The position numbers and the translations under genes are program-made. The notes below the pieces were generated by a model. That model ran no database searches, was not told the origin of the DNA, and saw only the letters and a list, made by a program, of their open reading frames with translations. A stretch of DNA of 64,000 nt from an uncultured Bacilli bacterium. Its GTDB lineage: Bacteria > Bacillota_I > Bacilli_A > RF39 > UBA660. Positions 26,344 through 36,625 of this stretch are shown here, in pieces. The stretch lies in NCBI GenBank assembly GCA_934096275.1, contig CAKOLK010000002.1, positions 43,784 through 107,783 on the forward strand. The letters run 5' to 3'. Each line of letters starts with the position of its first letter. Position 1 is the stretch's first letter.

Positions 26344-28293
26344 ATGAAAAATAATACTAAAAGAAATATATTTCAATACATATCTATCTTTATGTTTTTT
26401 GCATTAATTTTTGTTTTGTTTAATGTCTTTTCTGCTAAAGAGCATAAGTTTACATATGATGAATTTATTGATAATTTGAATAAGGGGAATGTAACGGAAC
26501 TTACTGTTGTTCCACGTTCTAATTCTTCTGTTTATGAAATAAAGGGTAAATTGTCTGATTATCAAGACAAAGAAACTTTTGTTGTGGATGTTCCTTATTC
26601 TGATAGCATAATATCAAATATAGTTGATATTGCTGAGAAAAATAGTTTAAAGGTTACTACTGATAAGAATCCTGAAAATAGTTCTTTACTTATGATTGTT
26701 GTTAATGTGTTGCCTTTTATAGTATTGGTTGGGCTTGCTTTCTATTTCTTATCTAAGCAAGTAGGAAATGGTTCTAAATCTTTTGATTTTGGAAAGAGTA
26801 AAGCAAAACTTCATACTGATAAGAATAAAGTTACTTTTGATGATGTTGCGGGTTTGAAAGAAGAAAAGGTTGAAGTTAAAGAACTTATTGATTTTTTGAA
26901 GAATCCAAAAAAGTTTCAAAAACTTGGTGCTAGAATACCAAAGGGTATTTTATTAGTTGGTCCTCCAGGGACTGGTAAAACATTACTTGCACGTGCGGTC
27001 GCAGGAGAAGCTAATGTACCATTTTACTATATAAGTGGTTCTGATTTTGTGGAACTTTTTGTAGGTGTTGGTGCTAGTCGTGTAAGAGATATGTTTAAAC
27101 AGGCTAAACAGACTGCTCCATGTCTAATATTTATTGATGAAATAGATGCTGTAGGAAGACAAAGAGGTACTGGTTTAGGTGGTGGGCATGATGAAAGAGA
27201 ACAAACTCTTAACCAATTACTTACAGAAATGGATGGTTTTGGTGTCAATGAAGGAATAATTATTATTGCTGCTACTAATAGACCTGATGTTTTGGATCCT
27301 GCTCTTCTTAGACCAGGAAGGTTTGATAGACAAGTTACTGTTTCTTTGCCTGATTTTAATGAAAGAAAAGAAATACTTAGTGTACATGCTAAGAATAAAG
27401 TTTTGGCTAAGGATGTTACATTGAATAATTTAGCTAAGCGAACTTCTGGTTTTTCTGGAGCTGATTTGGAAAACTTACTTAATGAGGCTGCACTTCTTGC
27501 AGTTAGGCGTGATAAAGACGAAGTTACTATGACTGAAATTGATGAGGCTCATGATAGAGTATTAATGGGACCTGCTAAAACTTCTAGAAATATTACTAAG
27601 GAAGATAAAAAGATTACTGCTTATCACGAAGCTGGTCATGTTGTAGCTGGATTGAAGCTTGAACAATCTAATATTGTTCAAAAGGTTACAATTATTCCAC
27701 GTGGTATGGCTGGTGGATATACTAATATTCAAAGTGAAGATGAAAGAATGCATACTACTAAGAGAGAACTTTTAGAAACTATTTCTACTTTACTTGCTGG
27801 TCGTGTTACTGAAAGTTTGGTATTTGATGATATTACAACTGGTGCATCAAACGATATTGAACGTGCTACTAAAATAGCTAGGGCTATGGTTTGTGAGTAT
27901 GGTATGAGTGAACTTGGCCCAATGCAATTAGAACAAAATGAATCTAGTGTTTTCTTAGGTAGAGATTATAATAAGTCTAGAAATTTCTCGGATCAAGTTG
28001 CTTTTGAAATAGATAAGGAAATTAGAAAGATAATAGATGAATGTTATAAGAAAACTGAAGATATTATTAAGAATAATATGAAGCTTGTTGATTTAATTGC
28101 AGAGAATCTTGTTAAATATGAAACTCTTACTAAAGAACAAATTGATTATTTAGTAGAGAATGGTAAGATGAAAGATGAAGAAATAAAAGACGATGTTACT
28201 TTAGATGAACTTAAGTCTCTTGCAAAGGAAAAAGGTATTAAGGGATATACTAAAATGAGTAAGAATGAGTTGAAAAAGGAATTAGAAGAGTAA
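26344..28293 (+). CDS. ftsH: ATP-dependent zinc metalloprotease FtsH
   Basis: Two TM helices, AAA+ motifs GPPGTGKT and DEIDA, and HEAGH zinc site. There is an extra C-terminal [30 protein letters not shown] tail. Confidence 0.97.
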   Translation: MKNNTKRNIFQYISIFMFFALIFVLFNVFSAKEHKFTYDEFIDNLNKGNVTELTVVPRSNSSVYEIKGKLSDYQDKETFVVDVPYSDSIISNIVDIAEKNSLKVTTDKNPENSSLLMIVVNVLPFIVLVGLAFYFLSKQVGNGSKSFDFGKSKAKLHTDKNKVTFDDVAGLKEEKVEVKELIDFLKNPKKFQKLGARIPKGILLVGPPGTGKTLLARAVAGEANVPFYYISGSDFVELFVGVGASRVRDMFKQAKQTAPCLIFIDEIDAVGRQRGTGLGGGHDEREQTLNQLLTEMDGFGVNEGIIIIAATNRPDVLDPALLRPGRFDRQVTVSLPDFNERKEILSVHAKNKVLAKDVTLNNLAKRTSGFSGADLENLLNEAALLAVRRDKDEVTMTEIDEAHDRVLMGPAKTSRNITKEDKKITAYHEAGHVVAGLKLEQSNIVQKVTIIPRGMAGGYTNIQSEDERMHTTKRELLETISTLLAGRVTESLVFDDITTGASNDIERATKIARAMVCEYGMSELGPMQLEQNESSVFLGRDYNKSRNFSDQVAFEIDKEIRKIIDECYKKTEDIIKNNMKLVDLIAENLVKYETLTKEQIDYLVENGKMKDEEIKDDVTLDELKSLAKEKGIKGYTKMSKNELKKELEE

Positions 28294-28529
28294 AATTTTC
28301 TAATTTTTTTTCATTTTGGTGAAAATCGATATTTTGTTACTTTGTAGTGGTCTAAAAATGTGTTGGGAACACACTTTTTGTAACTTAAATGTCTTTTTTT
28401 TGTTCAATTTTTAATTTTGGTATTATTTTTGGTGATGAAAATTTAAAAAGTGCCATTTTACAAGACGATTTTAATAGTATATAGTGTTTGTGTAAGAACA
28501 TTATTCTTTGAATAGTTAGGAGGTGTTTT

Positions 28530-30572
28530 ATGAAGAGAATGTTTTTAGTTTTATTATTTTTTATTATTTTTTTAGAGGTTGATGCTGCTTCTTATAATGG
28601 AAAGTTATATGAGGTGCATCATCCTGATTCTGGCTTTACTGTTTTTGCGGATGAAGGTTTAGATCTCATGGATTATAATAGTTGGATAATAAAGTCTAGT
28701 GTTGATAATAGAGTTTATTATTGTATTGAACCAGAAACTAAATTAGATGGTTCTTCAAAAGGGAGTCATTCAATGATAACTGGTGATAAGAATATAATTA
28801 ATAACTCTAAGCTTACTACTAGTAAGTTTGATAAGATTAAACTTATTGCATATTATGGGTATGGATATAAAGACAATAATGTTGATCATACTGCTAAAAA
28901 ATGGTATGGAATTACGCAAGTTATGATATGGAGAATTATGAGGCCTGATCTTACTTGGACTTTTAAATCTAGTAGAAATGCTAGTTCTAATAAAAGTCTT
29001 TATAGTAAGGAAGTTGCTGAGATTAATAAGTTGGTTAAAGAACATTTAGCAAAACCTAGTTTTGTTTCAAAAAAGTATAAAATTAAATTAGGTGAATCTA
29101 TAGATATTAATGATACTAATAAGGTTTTATCTAATTATAATTTAGTTAGTTCTTTGAAAAATATTAAAGTTACAAGAAATGGGAATAAGATTAAAATTAC
29201 TGCGATTAAAATAGGTAGTGATAAATTAACTTATAAAAAGTCTTCAAGAACTACTGAATCTTTTGCTCTTTTTGCTAGTTCTAATTATCAGGATATTATT
29301 TCTGTTGGTAATCCTAGTATTCCTAGTTTTAGTTTTGATGTTGAAGTAACTGGTGGTATTGTTAAATTAAATAAGATTGATTCTTTAAATAATTCTTTTA
29401 AAGCTCAAGGTGATGCTAAGTTAGTTGGTGCAGTTTATGAGGTTTTTGATTCGGATAATAAATCAGTTGGTAAAATTACCATCAATGAGAAAGGATTTGG
29501 GGAGTTACTTTTAGATTATGGAAGTTACAAGATTAAAGAGGTTAAAGCTCCAGTTGGGTATAAAAAAAATGATAAGGTTTATGGTGCTGTTATTGATAAA
29601 GATCATTTGAATATTGATATTGATGTTTCTGATGAGGTTATAAATGGCAAGATTATAATTAAGAAAAAGAAGGGTGGTACTGGTGAGGAGTTAGTTGCAG
29701 AAGGTAATGCATGCTTTGAAATTAAAGATTCTAGTTCTAATTTTGTTTCAGAGATATGTACAAATATAGATGGAGTTGCTTCTGCTACTTTACCATATGG
29801 AAAATATAGTATTTCTCAGATTAGTGGTGCTGATGGTTATAATTTTGTTAAATATTTTAATGTAAATGTTACTGAGGAAAAAGAATATGTTTATGAACTT
29901 GAAAACTTGCGTCCTTCCAAAGTTATATTTACTAAAGTTGATAAGAGTTTAGATTTGAAACTTTCTGATGCTTTTATCGAAGTATATGATTATAATGATA
30001 AGATGGTTTTTAGTGGTAAAACTGATGATGATGGGATGTTAGAATTTGATAATGTTAAGATTGGAAAGTATTATTTGATAGAAAAGGTTGCTCCAAAGTA
30101 TTATAAATTGTCTTTAGATAAGGTTTATTTTGATGTTTTATCAGATGGAAAAGTAATTGATGTTGAAATATCTAACGAGAGGAAAAAAGGCAAATTACTA
30201 TTTATAAAGACTGATGGTAGTGGTCTTAAGAGATTATCTAATGCTTATTTTAAGATATATTTTAAAGATTTTGATAAACTTGTCTATGATGGTAAGACTG
30301 ATAATGATGGTATGATTCGATTAGATAATTTGGATGCTGGTACTTATTGTATTTATGAGTCTCTTGCTCCTTCTGGATATAAACTTGATGATAAACCTAA
30401 TTGTTTTGAAATAAAGGATGAAAATGAAGTTATTAAGATTAATATGACTAATAATATGCTTGTAAAAGTTCCTGATACAGGAGAAGTTTCTTTTTCATTT
30501 ATAGTTAAAGTGTGTTTGATATTTTTTGTTGTTAGTCTTTGTGTGGTGATTTACTATGTTAAAAAGTATTAG
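28530..30572 (+). CDS. Cell-wall-anchored adhesin: thioester (TQXA-type) domain + four SpaA/Cna-B-like repeats + VPDTG sorting signal
   Basis: Has a signal peptide. YYCIEPE (Cys65, nt 28722-28724) and GITQVMIW match the Cys/Gln thioester-domain motifs. Four repeats follow the pattern G..Y.v....APxGYK. The C-terminus has VPDTG, a hydrophobic stretch and KKY. Confidence 0.7.
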   Translation: MKRMFLVLLFFIIFLEVDAASYNGKLYEVHHPDSGFTVFADEGLDLMDYNSWIIKSSVDNRVYYCIEPETKLDGSSKGSHSMITGDKNIINNSKLTTSKFDKIKLIAYYGYGYKDNNVDHTAKKWYGITQVMIWRIMRPDLTWTFKSSRNASSNKSLYSKEVAEINKLVKEHLAKPSFVSKKYKIKLGESIDINDTNKVLSNYNLVSSLKNIKVTRNGNKIKITAIKIGSDKLTYKKSSRTTESFALFASSNYQDIISVGNPSIPSFSFDVEVTGGIVKLNKIDSLNNSFKAQGDAKLVGAVYEVFDSDNKSVGKITINEKGFGELLLDYGSYKIKEVKAPVGYKKNDKVYGAVIDKDHLNIDIDVSDEVINGKIIIKKKKGGTGEELVAEGNACFEIKDSSSNFVSEICTNIDGVASATLPYGKYSISQISGADGYNFVKYFNVNVTEEKEYVYELENLRPSKVIFTKVDKSLDLKLSDAFIEVYDYNDKMVFSGKTDDDGMLEFDNVKIGKYYLIEKVAPKYYKLSLDKVYFDVLSDGKVIDVEISNERKKGKLLFIKTDGSGLKRLSNAYFKIYFKDFDKLVYDGKTDNDGMIRLDNLDAGTYCIYESLAPSGYKLDDKPNCFEIKDENEVIKINMTNNMLVKVPDTGEVSFSFIVKVCLIFFVVSLCVVIYYVKKY

Positions 30573-31140
30573 AGGAGCTTGTATCTCGTTAATATTTTTA
30601 TTCTTATTTCTTGCTTATTCTGAAGTTTTCTTTTATGTTTCTTTTATTTATTATGATGAATCTATTCCTTTGTTTTCTGTTATGGAAGTTGATAGTATTG
30701 ATAAATCTGTATCTTCTTTGGATGAGGCTATTGGAAGAATTGTAATTGATAAGATTAATTTAGATAGAAAGTTTTATTCTTTTGATTCTGATTTAAATGA
30801 TGTGAATAAAAATGTTGCTATAATTTCTCCTTCTGATATGCCTGATGTTATTGGAGGAACTCTTATTCTTGCTGCTCATAGTGGTAATGTTAATACTGCG
30901 TATTTTAAAAGACTTAATGAGCTTGTGATTGGTGATGTTGTAAGTGTTTATTATTCTGATAACAAATATGTTTATAAAGTTTCTTCTTTTTACGAAGAAA
31001 AAAGGAATAGTTCTATAGTTATAAAAAGAGAAAAGATGAAAAATGTTTTGGTACTTACTACTTGTAAAATAGGTACAAAGAAGCAACTTGTTTATATTGC
31101 TAATCTTATTAATAAGTGTAATGTTGATGACAATTGCTAA
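30556..31140 (+). CDS. Sortase (cognate housekeeping/pilin-type transpeptidase for the adjacent adhesin)
   Basis: N-terminal TM, LILAAHSG (His) and VLVLTTC (Cys). Overlaps the adhesin 3' end by 17 nt. I did not see a clear conserved Arg after the Cys. Confidence 0.7.
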   Translation: MLKSIRGACISLIFLFLFLAYSEVFFYVSFIYYDESIPLFSVMEVDSIDKSVSSLDEAIGRIVIDKINLDRKFYSFDSDLNDVNKNVAIISPSDMPDVIGGTLILAAHSGNVNTAYFKRLNELVIGDVVSVYYSDNKYVYKVSSFYEEKRNSSIVIKREKMKNVLVLTTCKIGTKKQLVYIANLINKCNVDDNC

Positions 31141-31157
31141 TTTTTCTATAAAAACAC

Positions 31158-31187
31158 TTGCAAAAACATATAATTTATTGGTATAAT
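31158..31187 (+). promoter_or_regulatory. Putative sigma-A promoter of rpsF-ssb-rpsR
   Basis: TTGCAA, an 18-nt spacer, and an extended -10 tggTATAAT. Confidence 0.55.
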
Positions 31188-31251
31188 ATGTGCGAGTATT
31201 AAGTTACTCCTTGCCTTTGTTAAAGGCCAGAGTCCAAAAGGAGGTGCAAAA

Positions 31252-31539
31252 ATGAGAAAGTATGAAATAATGTTTATTGTTAAACCTACTCTTGATGAAG
31301 CTGCTATTAAAAAGGTTGCTGATGATGTAAAAGCAACATTTGAAAAGTTTAATAGTAATGTTTTAGAAGTTAAAGACATGGGTCAAAGAGATTTAGCTTA
31401 TGAAATTAAAAAACATAAAAAAGGTTACTATTTCCTTTTCACAGTTGAAGCTACAGTAGATGCAATAGATGAGTTTAATCATATCGTTAATATTAGCGAA
31501 AATATTATTCGTGCATTAGTAGTAAAATTAGAAGATTAA
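31252..31539 (+). CDS. rpsF: 30S ribosomal protein S6
   Basis: MRKYEIMFIVKP... Confidence 0.97.
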   Translation: MRKYEIMFIVKPTLDEAAIKKVADDVKATFEKFNSNVLEVKDMGQRDLAYEIKKHKKGYYFLFTVEATVDAIDEFNHIVNISENIIRALVVKLED

Positions 31540-31550
31540 TGAGGTAAATT

Positions 31551-32057
31551 ATGAATAAAGTATGTTTAATTGGTAGATTAACTAGGGACCCTGAATTAAG
31601 ATATACTTCAAGTAATAGAGCGGTTGCATCTTTTACTCTTGCTGTAAATAGACAATTTACTAATCAAAGTGGTGAAAGAGAAGCTGACTTTATACCTGTT
31701 GTTGTTTGGGGTAAACAAGCAGAAAACGTTAAAAATTATATTAATCAAGGAAGTCAAATCGCAGTTGAAGGTAGAATTCAAACAAGATCTTATGACGATC
31801 AAAATGGTCAAAAAAGATATGTTACTGAAGTTGTAGCTGATGCTGTTCATTTTATTGAATCTAGAGCTAGTCGTGAACAAAGAGGTAATGCTCCTGCTCA
31901 AAATAATTATTCACAAAATAATTATCAATCTGCTCCAGTAAATAATGAGGCAACACCATATGATTTTGGTAATAATCAAACTACAAATGTAGTAGATGAT
32001 CCATTCAAAGATTTTGGTGATGAAATTAAAATTGGAGACAATGAATTGCCTTTCTAA
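31551..32057 (+). CDS. ssb: Single-stranded DNA-binding protein
   Basis: OB fold ([19 protein letters not shown]), a Q/N-rich linker and the acidic tail DNELPF. Confidence 0.97.
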   Translation: MNKVCLIGRLTRDPELRYTSSNRAVASFTLAVNRQFTNQSGEREADFIPVVVWGKQAENVKNYINQGSQIAVEGRIQTRSYDDQNGQKRYVTEVVADAVHFIESRASREQRGNAPAQNNYSQNNYQSAPVNNEATPYDFGNNQTTNVVDDPFKDFGDEIKIGDNELPF

Positions 32058-32071
32058 GAAGGAGGAAAATT

Positions 32072-32287
32072 ATGGCAGAATTTTATAGAAAAAGAAAAAA
32101 AGTTTGTTACATGTGTGCTGGTAAACAAATTAATTATAAAGATGTAGAAATACTTAAAAAATATGTTAATGAAAAAGGTAAGATTTTACCTAGACGTGTA
32201 ACTGGAGCTTGTGCTAAACATCAAAGATATATTGCTGAACAAATTAAAAGAGCTCGTATGATTGCTTTATTACCATTTACAAAATAA
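32072..32287 (+). CDS. rpsR: 30S ribosomal protein S18
   Basis: KKVCYMC...[13 protein letters not shown]...[16 protein letters not shown]. Confidence 0.97.
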   Translation: MAEFYRKRKKVCYMCAGKQINYKDVEILKKYVNEKGKILPRRVTGACAKHQRYIAEQIKRARMIALLPFTK

Positions 32288-32310
32288 ACAAGAAATTGTT
32301 TATTTTTTTT
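32282..32310 (+). terminator. Rho-independent terminator after rpsR
   Basis: aaataaaca / tgtttattt stem followed by a T-run. Confidence 0.7.
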
Positions 32311-32367
32311 CTTTGTAAATGACATATGATAAAAAATATAGTATAATAGAGTGGACAAGGAGGAGTT

Positions 32368-33327
32368 ATGGATTTTAAAAGTTTAAAAAAAATTCTAGCT
32401 AAAGAATTGTTTTTATCAAAAAAGATTTTTATTCTTGGACATAACAATATGGATATGGATGCTTTTGCATCAGTTCTTGGTTTTTCTTTAATATGTAAAA
32501 AGTATAAGAAAAAGTTTTATTTAGTTAGTGATGATAAGGAATTTGATTATGGAATAAATAAAGCTCTTGAAAAGATGAAGGGTATTAATTTTATTGATAG
32601 TAATGTTGCTGATGATTTAATTGATGATAAGAGTTTGATTGTTATACTTGATGTTAATAAGAAAAAACTTATTTGTTTAGATAAAATATCTTCTTATTCT
32701 AAAGTTATTATAATAGATCATCATGATACTAATAGTGATACTATTGATACTGATTATTTATATATTGATAAGACTGTTAGTAGTGTTTCTGAAATTGTTT
32801 CTATGTTACTTAGGAAGTTTAGGGTAAAGATACCAAAAATGTATGCAACATTGCTTTTGTCTGGAATTATTTTAGATACTAATGGACTTAGTTATAAACT
32901 TAATCGTAGGACTTTCTTTTATTGTTATTATTTACTTAGTAATAATGCTGATATGAATCAATCTCAAGAGTTGTTAAAGGATGATTTTAATAGTTATTTG
33001 AGAAAGGTTAAATTGATTGAAAAGACTACTATGTATAATGACTTTGCAGTTGTTGTTGATAAGTCTAACGACATATATTCTAGAAAGGATATAGCGATGG
33101 TAGCAGACTCTTTACTTACTTTTCAAGATATTAAGAGTTGTGTAGTTACTGCTAAGATAGATAATGATGTTATTGGAATAAGTGCTAGATCTATTGATAA
33201 GATTGATGTTAATAAATTTATGGCTAATTTTGGTGGTGGTGGCAACAAGAATGAAGGTGCTGCTGTTATTGAAAATGCTGAAATAGATGATATTGAAAAT
33301 AAAATTCTTAAACTTATAAAGAGGTGA
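32368..33327 (+). CDS. Stand-alone DHH/DHHA1 phosphoesterase (NrnA/GdpP catalytic-domain-like)
   Basis: HNNMDMDAFAS, DHHD and GGGGN motifs. It occupies the gdpP (yybT) slot before rplI but has no TM, PAS or GGDEF region. Confidence 0.75.
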   Translation: MDFKSLKKILAKELFLSKKIFILGHNNMDMDAFASVLGFSLICKKYKKKFYLVSDDKEFDYGINKALEKMKGINFIDSNVADDLIDDKSLIVILDVNKKKLICLDKISSYSKVIIIDHHDTNSDTIDTDYLYIDKTVSSVSEIVSMLLRKFRVKIPKMYATLLLSGIILDTNGLSYKLNRRTFFYCYYLLSNNADMNQSQELLKDDFNSYLRKVKLIEKTTMYNDFAVVVDKSNDIYSRKDIAMVADSLLTFQDIKSCVVTAKIDNDVIGISARSIDKIDVNKFMANFGGGGNKNEGAAVIENAEIDDIENKILKLIKR

Positions 33328-33331
33328 GATT

Positions 33332-33766
33332 ATGCAAGTTATATTTATAAAAGATTTAAAGAATCAAGGTAAAAAGGGAGAAATTAAGGAAGTAAAAGAT
33401 GGTTATGCTCAAAACTTTTTAATTAAGAATGGTTATGCTGTTAAAAAGAATGATGTTAATATGAGTATTTTAAATAAACAAAAGAAAGAGGAAAAAGAAC
33501 TTGATGATTATAATAGAAAAATGGCTCTTGATATGAAAAATAAAATTGAAGGTGAAAAAATTTCTTTTGTTGTTAAAACAGGTGAGGGGGATAAGGTTTT
33601 TGGAAGTGTTTCTGCTAAACAAATTAAAGATAAACTTGATAAGTATAATATTTCTAAGAATCAAATTGTTATAGATAGTCCACTTAGTAGTTTGGGTTAT
33701 CATGAAGTTAGAATAGATTTGTATAAAGATATTTTTGCTATTGTAAGAGTTGAATTGAAGAAGTAG
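33332..33766 (+). CDS. rplI: 50S ribosomal protein L9
   Basis: MQVIFIKDLKNQGKKGEIKEVKDGYAQNFLI. Confidence 0.95.
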   Translation: MQVIFIKDLKNQGKKGEIKEVKDGYAQNFLIKNGYAVKKNDVNMSILNKQKKEEKELDDYNRKMALDMKNKIEGEKISFVVKTGEGDKVFGSVSAKQIKDKLDKYNISKNQIVIDSPLSSLGYHEVRIDLYKDIFAIVRVELKK

Positions 33767-33771
33767 GTGAT

Positions 33772-35133
33772 ATGGTGAATAGAGAAATACCACAAAATAT
33801 AGAAGCTGAACAATCTGTTATTGGAGCAATGTTACTTTCTAAGAGTGCAATTGTTGAAGCGATAGAGAGCTTGGTTCCTGAAAGTTTTTATTTAGATAAA
33901 CATGGCAAGCTTTTTAATGCTATTAAGAAGTTATATGATAATGGCATTCCGGTTGATTTTACAACACTTACTAATGAACTAAAAGATCAAGGTTTACTTA
34001 GTGCGGTTGGTGGTGTTGAGTATATAACTGAGATTATGGAACAAACTCCGATTGCTTCGAATGTTTCTTATTATATTAATATTGTTGAGGAAAAGAGTGT
34101 TTTAAGAAGGCTTATTGATAGTGCTACTGACATTGCTTCTTTAGGATATAGTAATGAATATAATTTGGAAGAGACTTTGGATAAAGCTGAAAGTAAGATT
34201 TTGGAAGTTGTAAAAGATAGAAAGGCTACTGATTTTAAGCATATGCCTGAGGTTCTTACTAATGTTCAAACTAATTTGGAAAAGCTTGCTGCTAATAAAG
34301 GAAAGATTAGTGGGCTTTCTTCTGGTTATATTGATATTGATAAGTTGACTGATGGTTTTCATCCAGGAGAGCTTATTATTTTAGCGGCTCGTCCATCAGT
34401 TGGTAAGACTGCTCTTGCTCTTAATATTGCGCAAAATGTTGCAATTAATGATAAGAAGTCTGTTATTATATTTACTCTTGAAATGTTGGCTGAGCAAGTT
34501 GTTCCTCGTATGATTGCATCGGTTGGACAAATTGAGGCTTTTAAATTAAAGAATGGTAATTTAGAAAATAAGGATTGGTCTAGAGTAACTAGTGCTATGG
34601 CTACTCTTGCTGATACGAATATATATATAGCGGATACTACTAATATTACAGTGGGTGACATAAAGGCAAAGTCAAGAAGAGTTAAAGCTCAAGATCCTAA
34701 CTTAGCACTTATTGTTATCGATTATCTTACATTAATTAGTGGAATGAGTAGATATTCTGGGCAAAGGCAACAAGAAGTTTCTGAAATATCGCGTGCTCTT
34801 AAGGCTCTTGCTTTGGAACTTCAAATACCTATTCTTGCTTTGGCTCAGTTGTCTCGTGCGCTTGAGGCTCGTGAAGATAAAAGACCTATACTTAGTGATT
34901 TAAGGGAATCTGGTCAAATAGAACAAGATGCCGATATTGTTGCATTTTTGTATCGTGATGATTATCATAATAAAGAGGTTAGTACTCCAGATAATATTAG
35001 TAAAATAGAAGTTATTTTGCGTAAAAATAGGAATGGTAGTACTGGTACTGCTGAGTTACTTTTTAAGAAGAATACTCAATCTTTTATGAATTATACTAAT
35101 GATATTAAAGAGGTTGGTGATAAGAGTGAATAA
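33772..35133 (+). CDS. dnaB: Replicative DNA helicase (DnaB family; DnaC in B. subtilis nomenclature)
   Basis: PQNIEAEQSVIGAML, Walker A ARPSVGKTA, and the RecA-like C-domain. Confidence 0.96.
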   Translation: MVNREIPQNIEAEQSVIGAMLLSKSAIVEAIESLVPESFYLDKHGKLFNAIKKLYDNGIPVDFTTLTNELKDQGLLSAVGGVEYITEIMEQTPIASNVSYYINIVEEKSVLRRLIDSATDIASLGYSNEYNLEETLDKAESKILEVVKDRKATDFKHMPEVLTNVQTNLEKLAANKGKISGLSSGYIDIDKLTDGFHPGELIILAARPSVGKTALALNIAQNVAINDKKSVIIFTLEMLAEQVVPRMIASVGQIEAFKLKNGNLENKDWSRVTSAMATLADTNIYIADTTNITVGDIKAKSRRVKAQDPNLALIVIDYLTLISGMSRYSGQRQQEVSEISRALKALALELQIPILALAQLSRALEAREDKRPILSDLRESGQIEQDADIVAFLYRDDYHNKEVSTPDNISKIEVILRKNRNGSTGTAELLFKKNTQSFMNYTNDIKEVGDKSE

Positions 35134-36625
35134 AACTAGTACAGTTTTTACAATTTTTTTAGCTTTTGTTCTTGCAATTGGACTTGTTTTTGTTGATAAT
35201 ACTAAAGATGTTTATTATGAAGCACAAGATGTTTATCGTGTTTATTTAGAGGGTAAGTCTATTGGACTTATTAAGTCTAAGAGTGAGTTTGAATCTTATA
35301 TAAATGAAAAGCAAAATGCTATAAAGGAACAGTATAATGTTTCTAGAGTATATGAACCTAATAATTTAAAGATCGAAAAAGAAATTACTTATAATGAGAA
35401 GATTTCTTCGATTGCTGAGGTTTATAATAAGATTTCTAATGAAAAGGCTTTTACTATTGATGGTTACATTGTCACTATAAAGAAGAAAGACAATGATTTA
35501 AAGCTTTATGTACTTAATAAAAATGTTTTTACTGATTCAATAAATGAGACTGTTAGATCTTTTGTTGATAAGGATAAGTATGATGCTTATCTTAGGGAGC
35601 AACAACAAGATATAGTGGATGAAGGGACTATTATTGAAAATGTTTATATTGAGGATGAGATTACTATAAAAAAGGGAAGAGTTCCTGTTAATGAAAAGAT
35701 ATTTTATGATCATGATAGTGTTTCTGCGACAAAGGAACTTACTAAGTATTTAATATTTGGTAATTTAGATAAACAAAAGACTTATAAATGTAAGGCTAAT
35801 GATACATTGGTATCTATTGCAGAGGCTAATAAACTTAATATAAAAGAATTATTGGTTGCTAATAATGATTTATCTGGTGAGGATGCTCTTTTATATGAGG
35901 GACAAGAATTAGTTGTTAACTTGATTGAACCTCAAATTACTGTTACTGAAGTTACGCATGAGGTTGCTAAGCAAACTATTAAGTATGACACTATTGAACA
36001 AAAGGATAGCTCTATGTATGTAGGACAATCTAAAACTGTTAAGAAGGGTGAAAATGGTGTAGAAAAGGTTACTAAGAAAGTACAAAGAAAGAATGGTTTT
36101 ATAGTTAGTGCTGTTGGGGTTTCTTCTGAAGTATTAAAGGAACCTGTTGATAAGATTGTTAAAGTTGGTACTAAACGTACTACTTGGAGTGGTAGTTATA
36201 TTGGTTCAATTAATTATAGTGCACCAGATGGTTATTGGGCATGGCCTACTAAGAGTGGTTATTGTTTAACATCTAGTTATGCTGAGTATCGTTCTTATGA
36301 AAGGCATTATGCGCTTGATATTTCGTGTACAGGTCTTGGTTCTCCAATATATGCTGCTCAAGGTGGTACTGTTACTGAAATTGCTACTGGTTATGGTAAT
36401 AATACGAGTGTTGTAAGTTATGGTAATTATGTTGAAATTAATCATGGAAATGGTGTGGTAACTTTGTATGCCCATTTAAATAGTGTTAATGTTAGTGTTG
36501 GTCAAGTTGTATCTAAAAAACAAGTTATAGGAACTATGGGAAATTCAGGTTTTTCATTTGGAACGCATCTTCATTATGCTGTGTATAGAAATGGTTCTGT
36601 TGTTAACCCGTTCTCACTTTATTAA
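35126..36625 (+). CDS. Secreted LysM + G5 + M23 (LytM) family peptidoglycan endopeptidase
   Basis: GTG 35126 overlaps the dnaB stop. Has a TM, LysM (YKCKANDTLVSIAEANKLNIKELL), a G5-like segment, and the M23 motifs HYALDI and GNSGFSFGTHLHY. Confidence 0.8.
   Translation: MNKTSTVFTIFLAFVLAIGLVFVDNTKDVYYEAQDVYRVYLEGKSIGLIKSKSEFESYINEKQNAIKEQYNVSRVYEPNNLKIEKEITYNEKISSIAEVYNKISNEKAFTIDGYIVTIKKKDNDLKLYVLNKNVFTDSINETVRSFVDKDKYDAYLREQQQDIVDEGTIIENVYIEDEITIKKGRVPVNEKIFYDHDSVSATKELTKYLIFGNLDKQKTYKCKANDTLVSIAEANKLNIKELLVANNDLSGEDALLYEGQELVVNLIEPQITVTEVTHEVAKQTIKYDTIEQKDSSMYVGQSKTVKKGENGVEKVTKKVQRKNGFIVSAVGVSSEVLKEPVDKIVKVGTKRTTWSGSYIGSINYSAPDGYWAWPTKSGYCLTSSYAEYRSYERHYALDISCTGLGSPIYAAQGGTVTEIATGYGNNTSVVSYGNYVEINHGNGVVTLYAHLNSVNVSVGQVVSKKQVIGTMGNSGFSFGTHLHYAVYRNGSVVNPFSLY

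Noticed and set aside
5723-27703. Other CACGTG cores (for example 5723, 10760, 18785, 27698) as additional parS sites
   Set aside because: The flanking arms do not match TGTTN/NAACA. The best, at 18781-18796, matches 12 of 16. All lie inside coding sequence.
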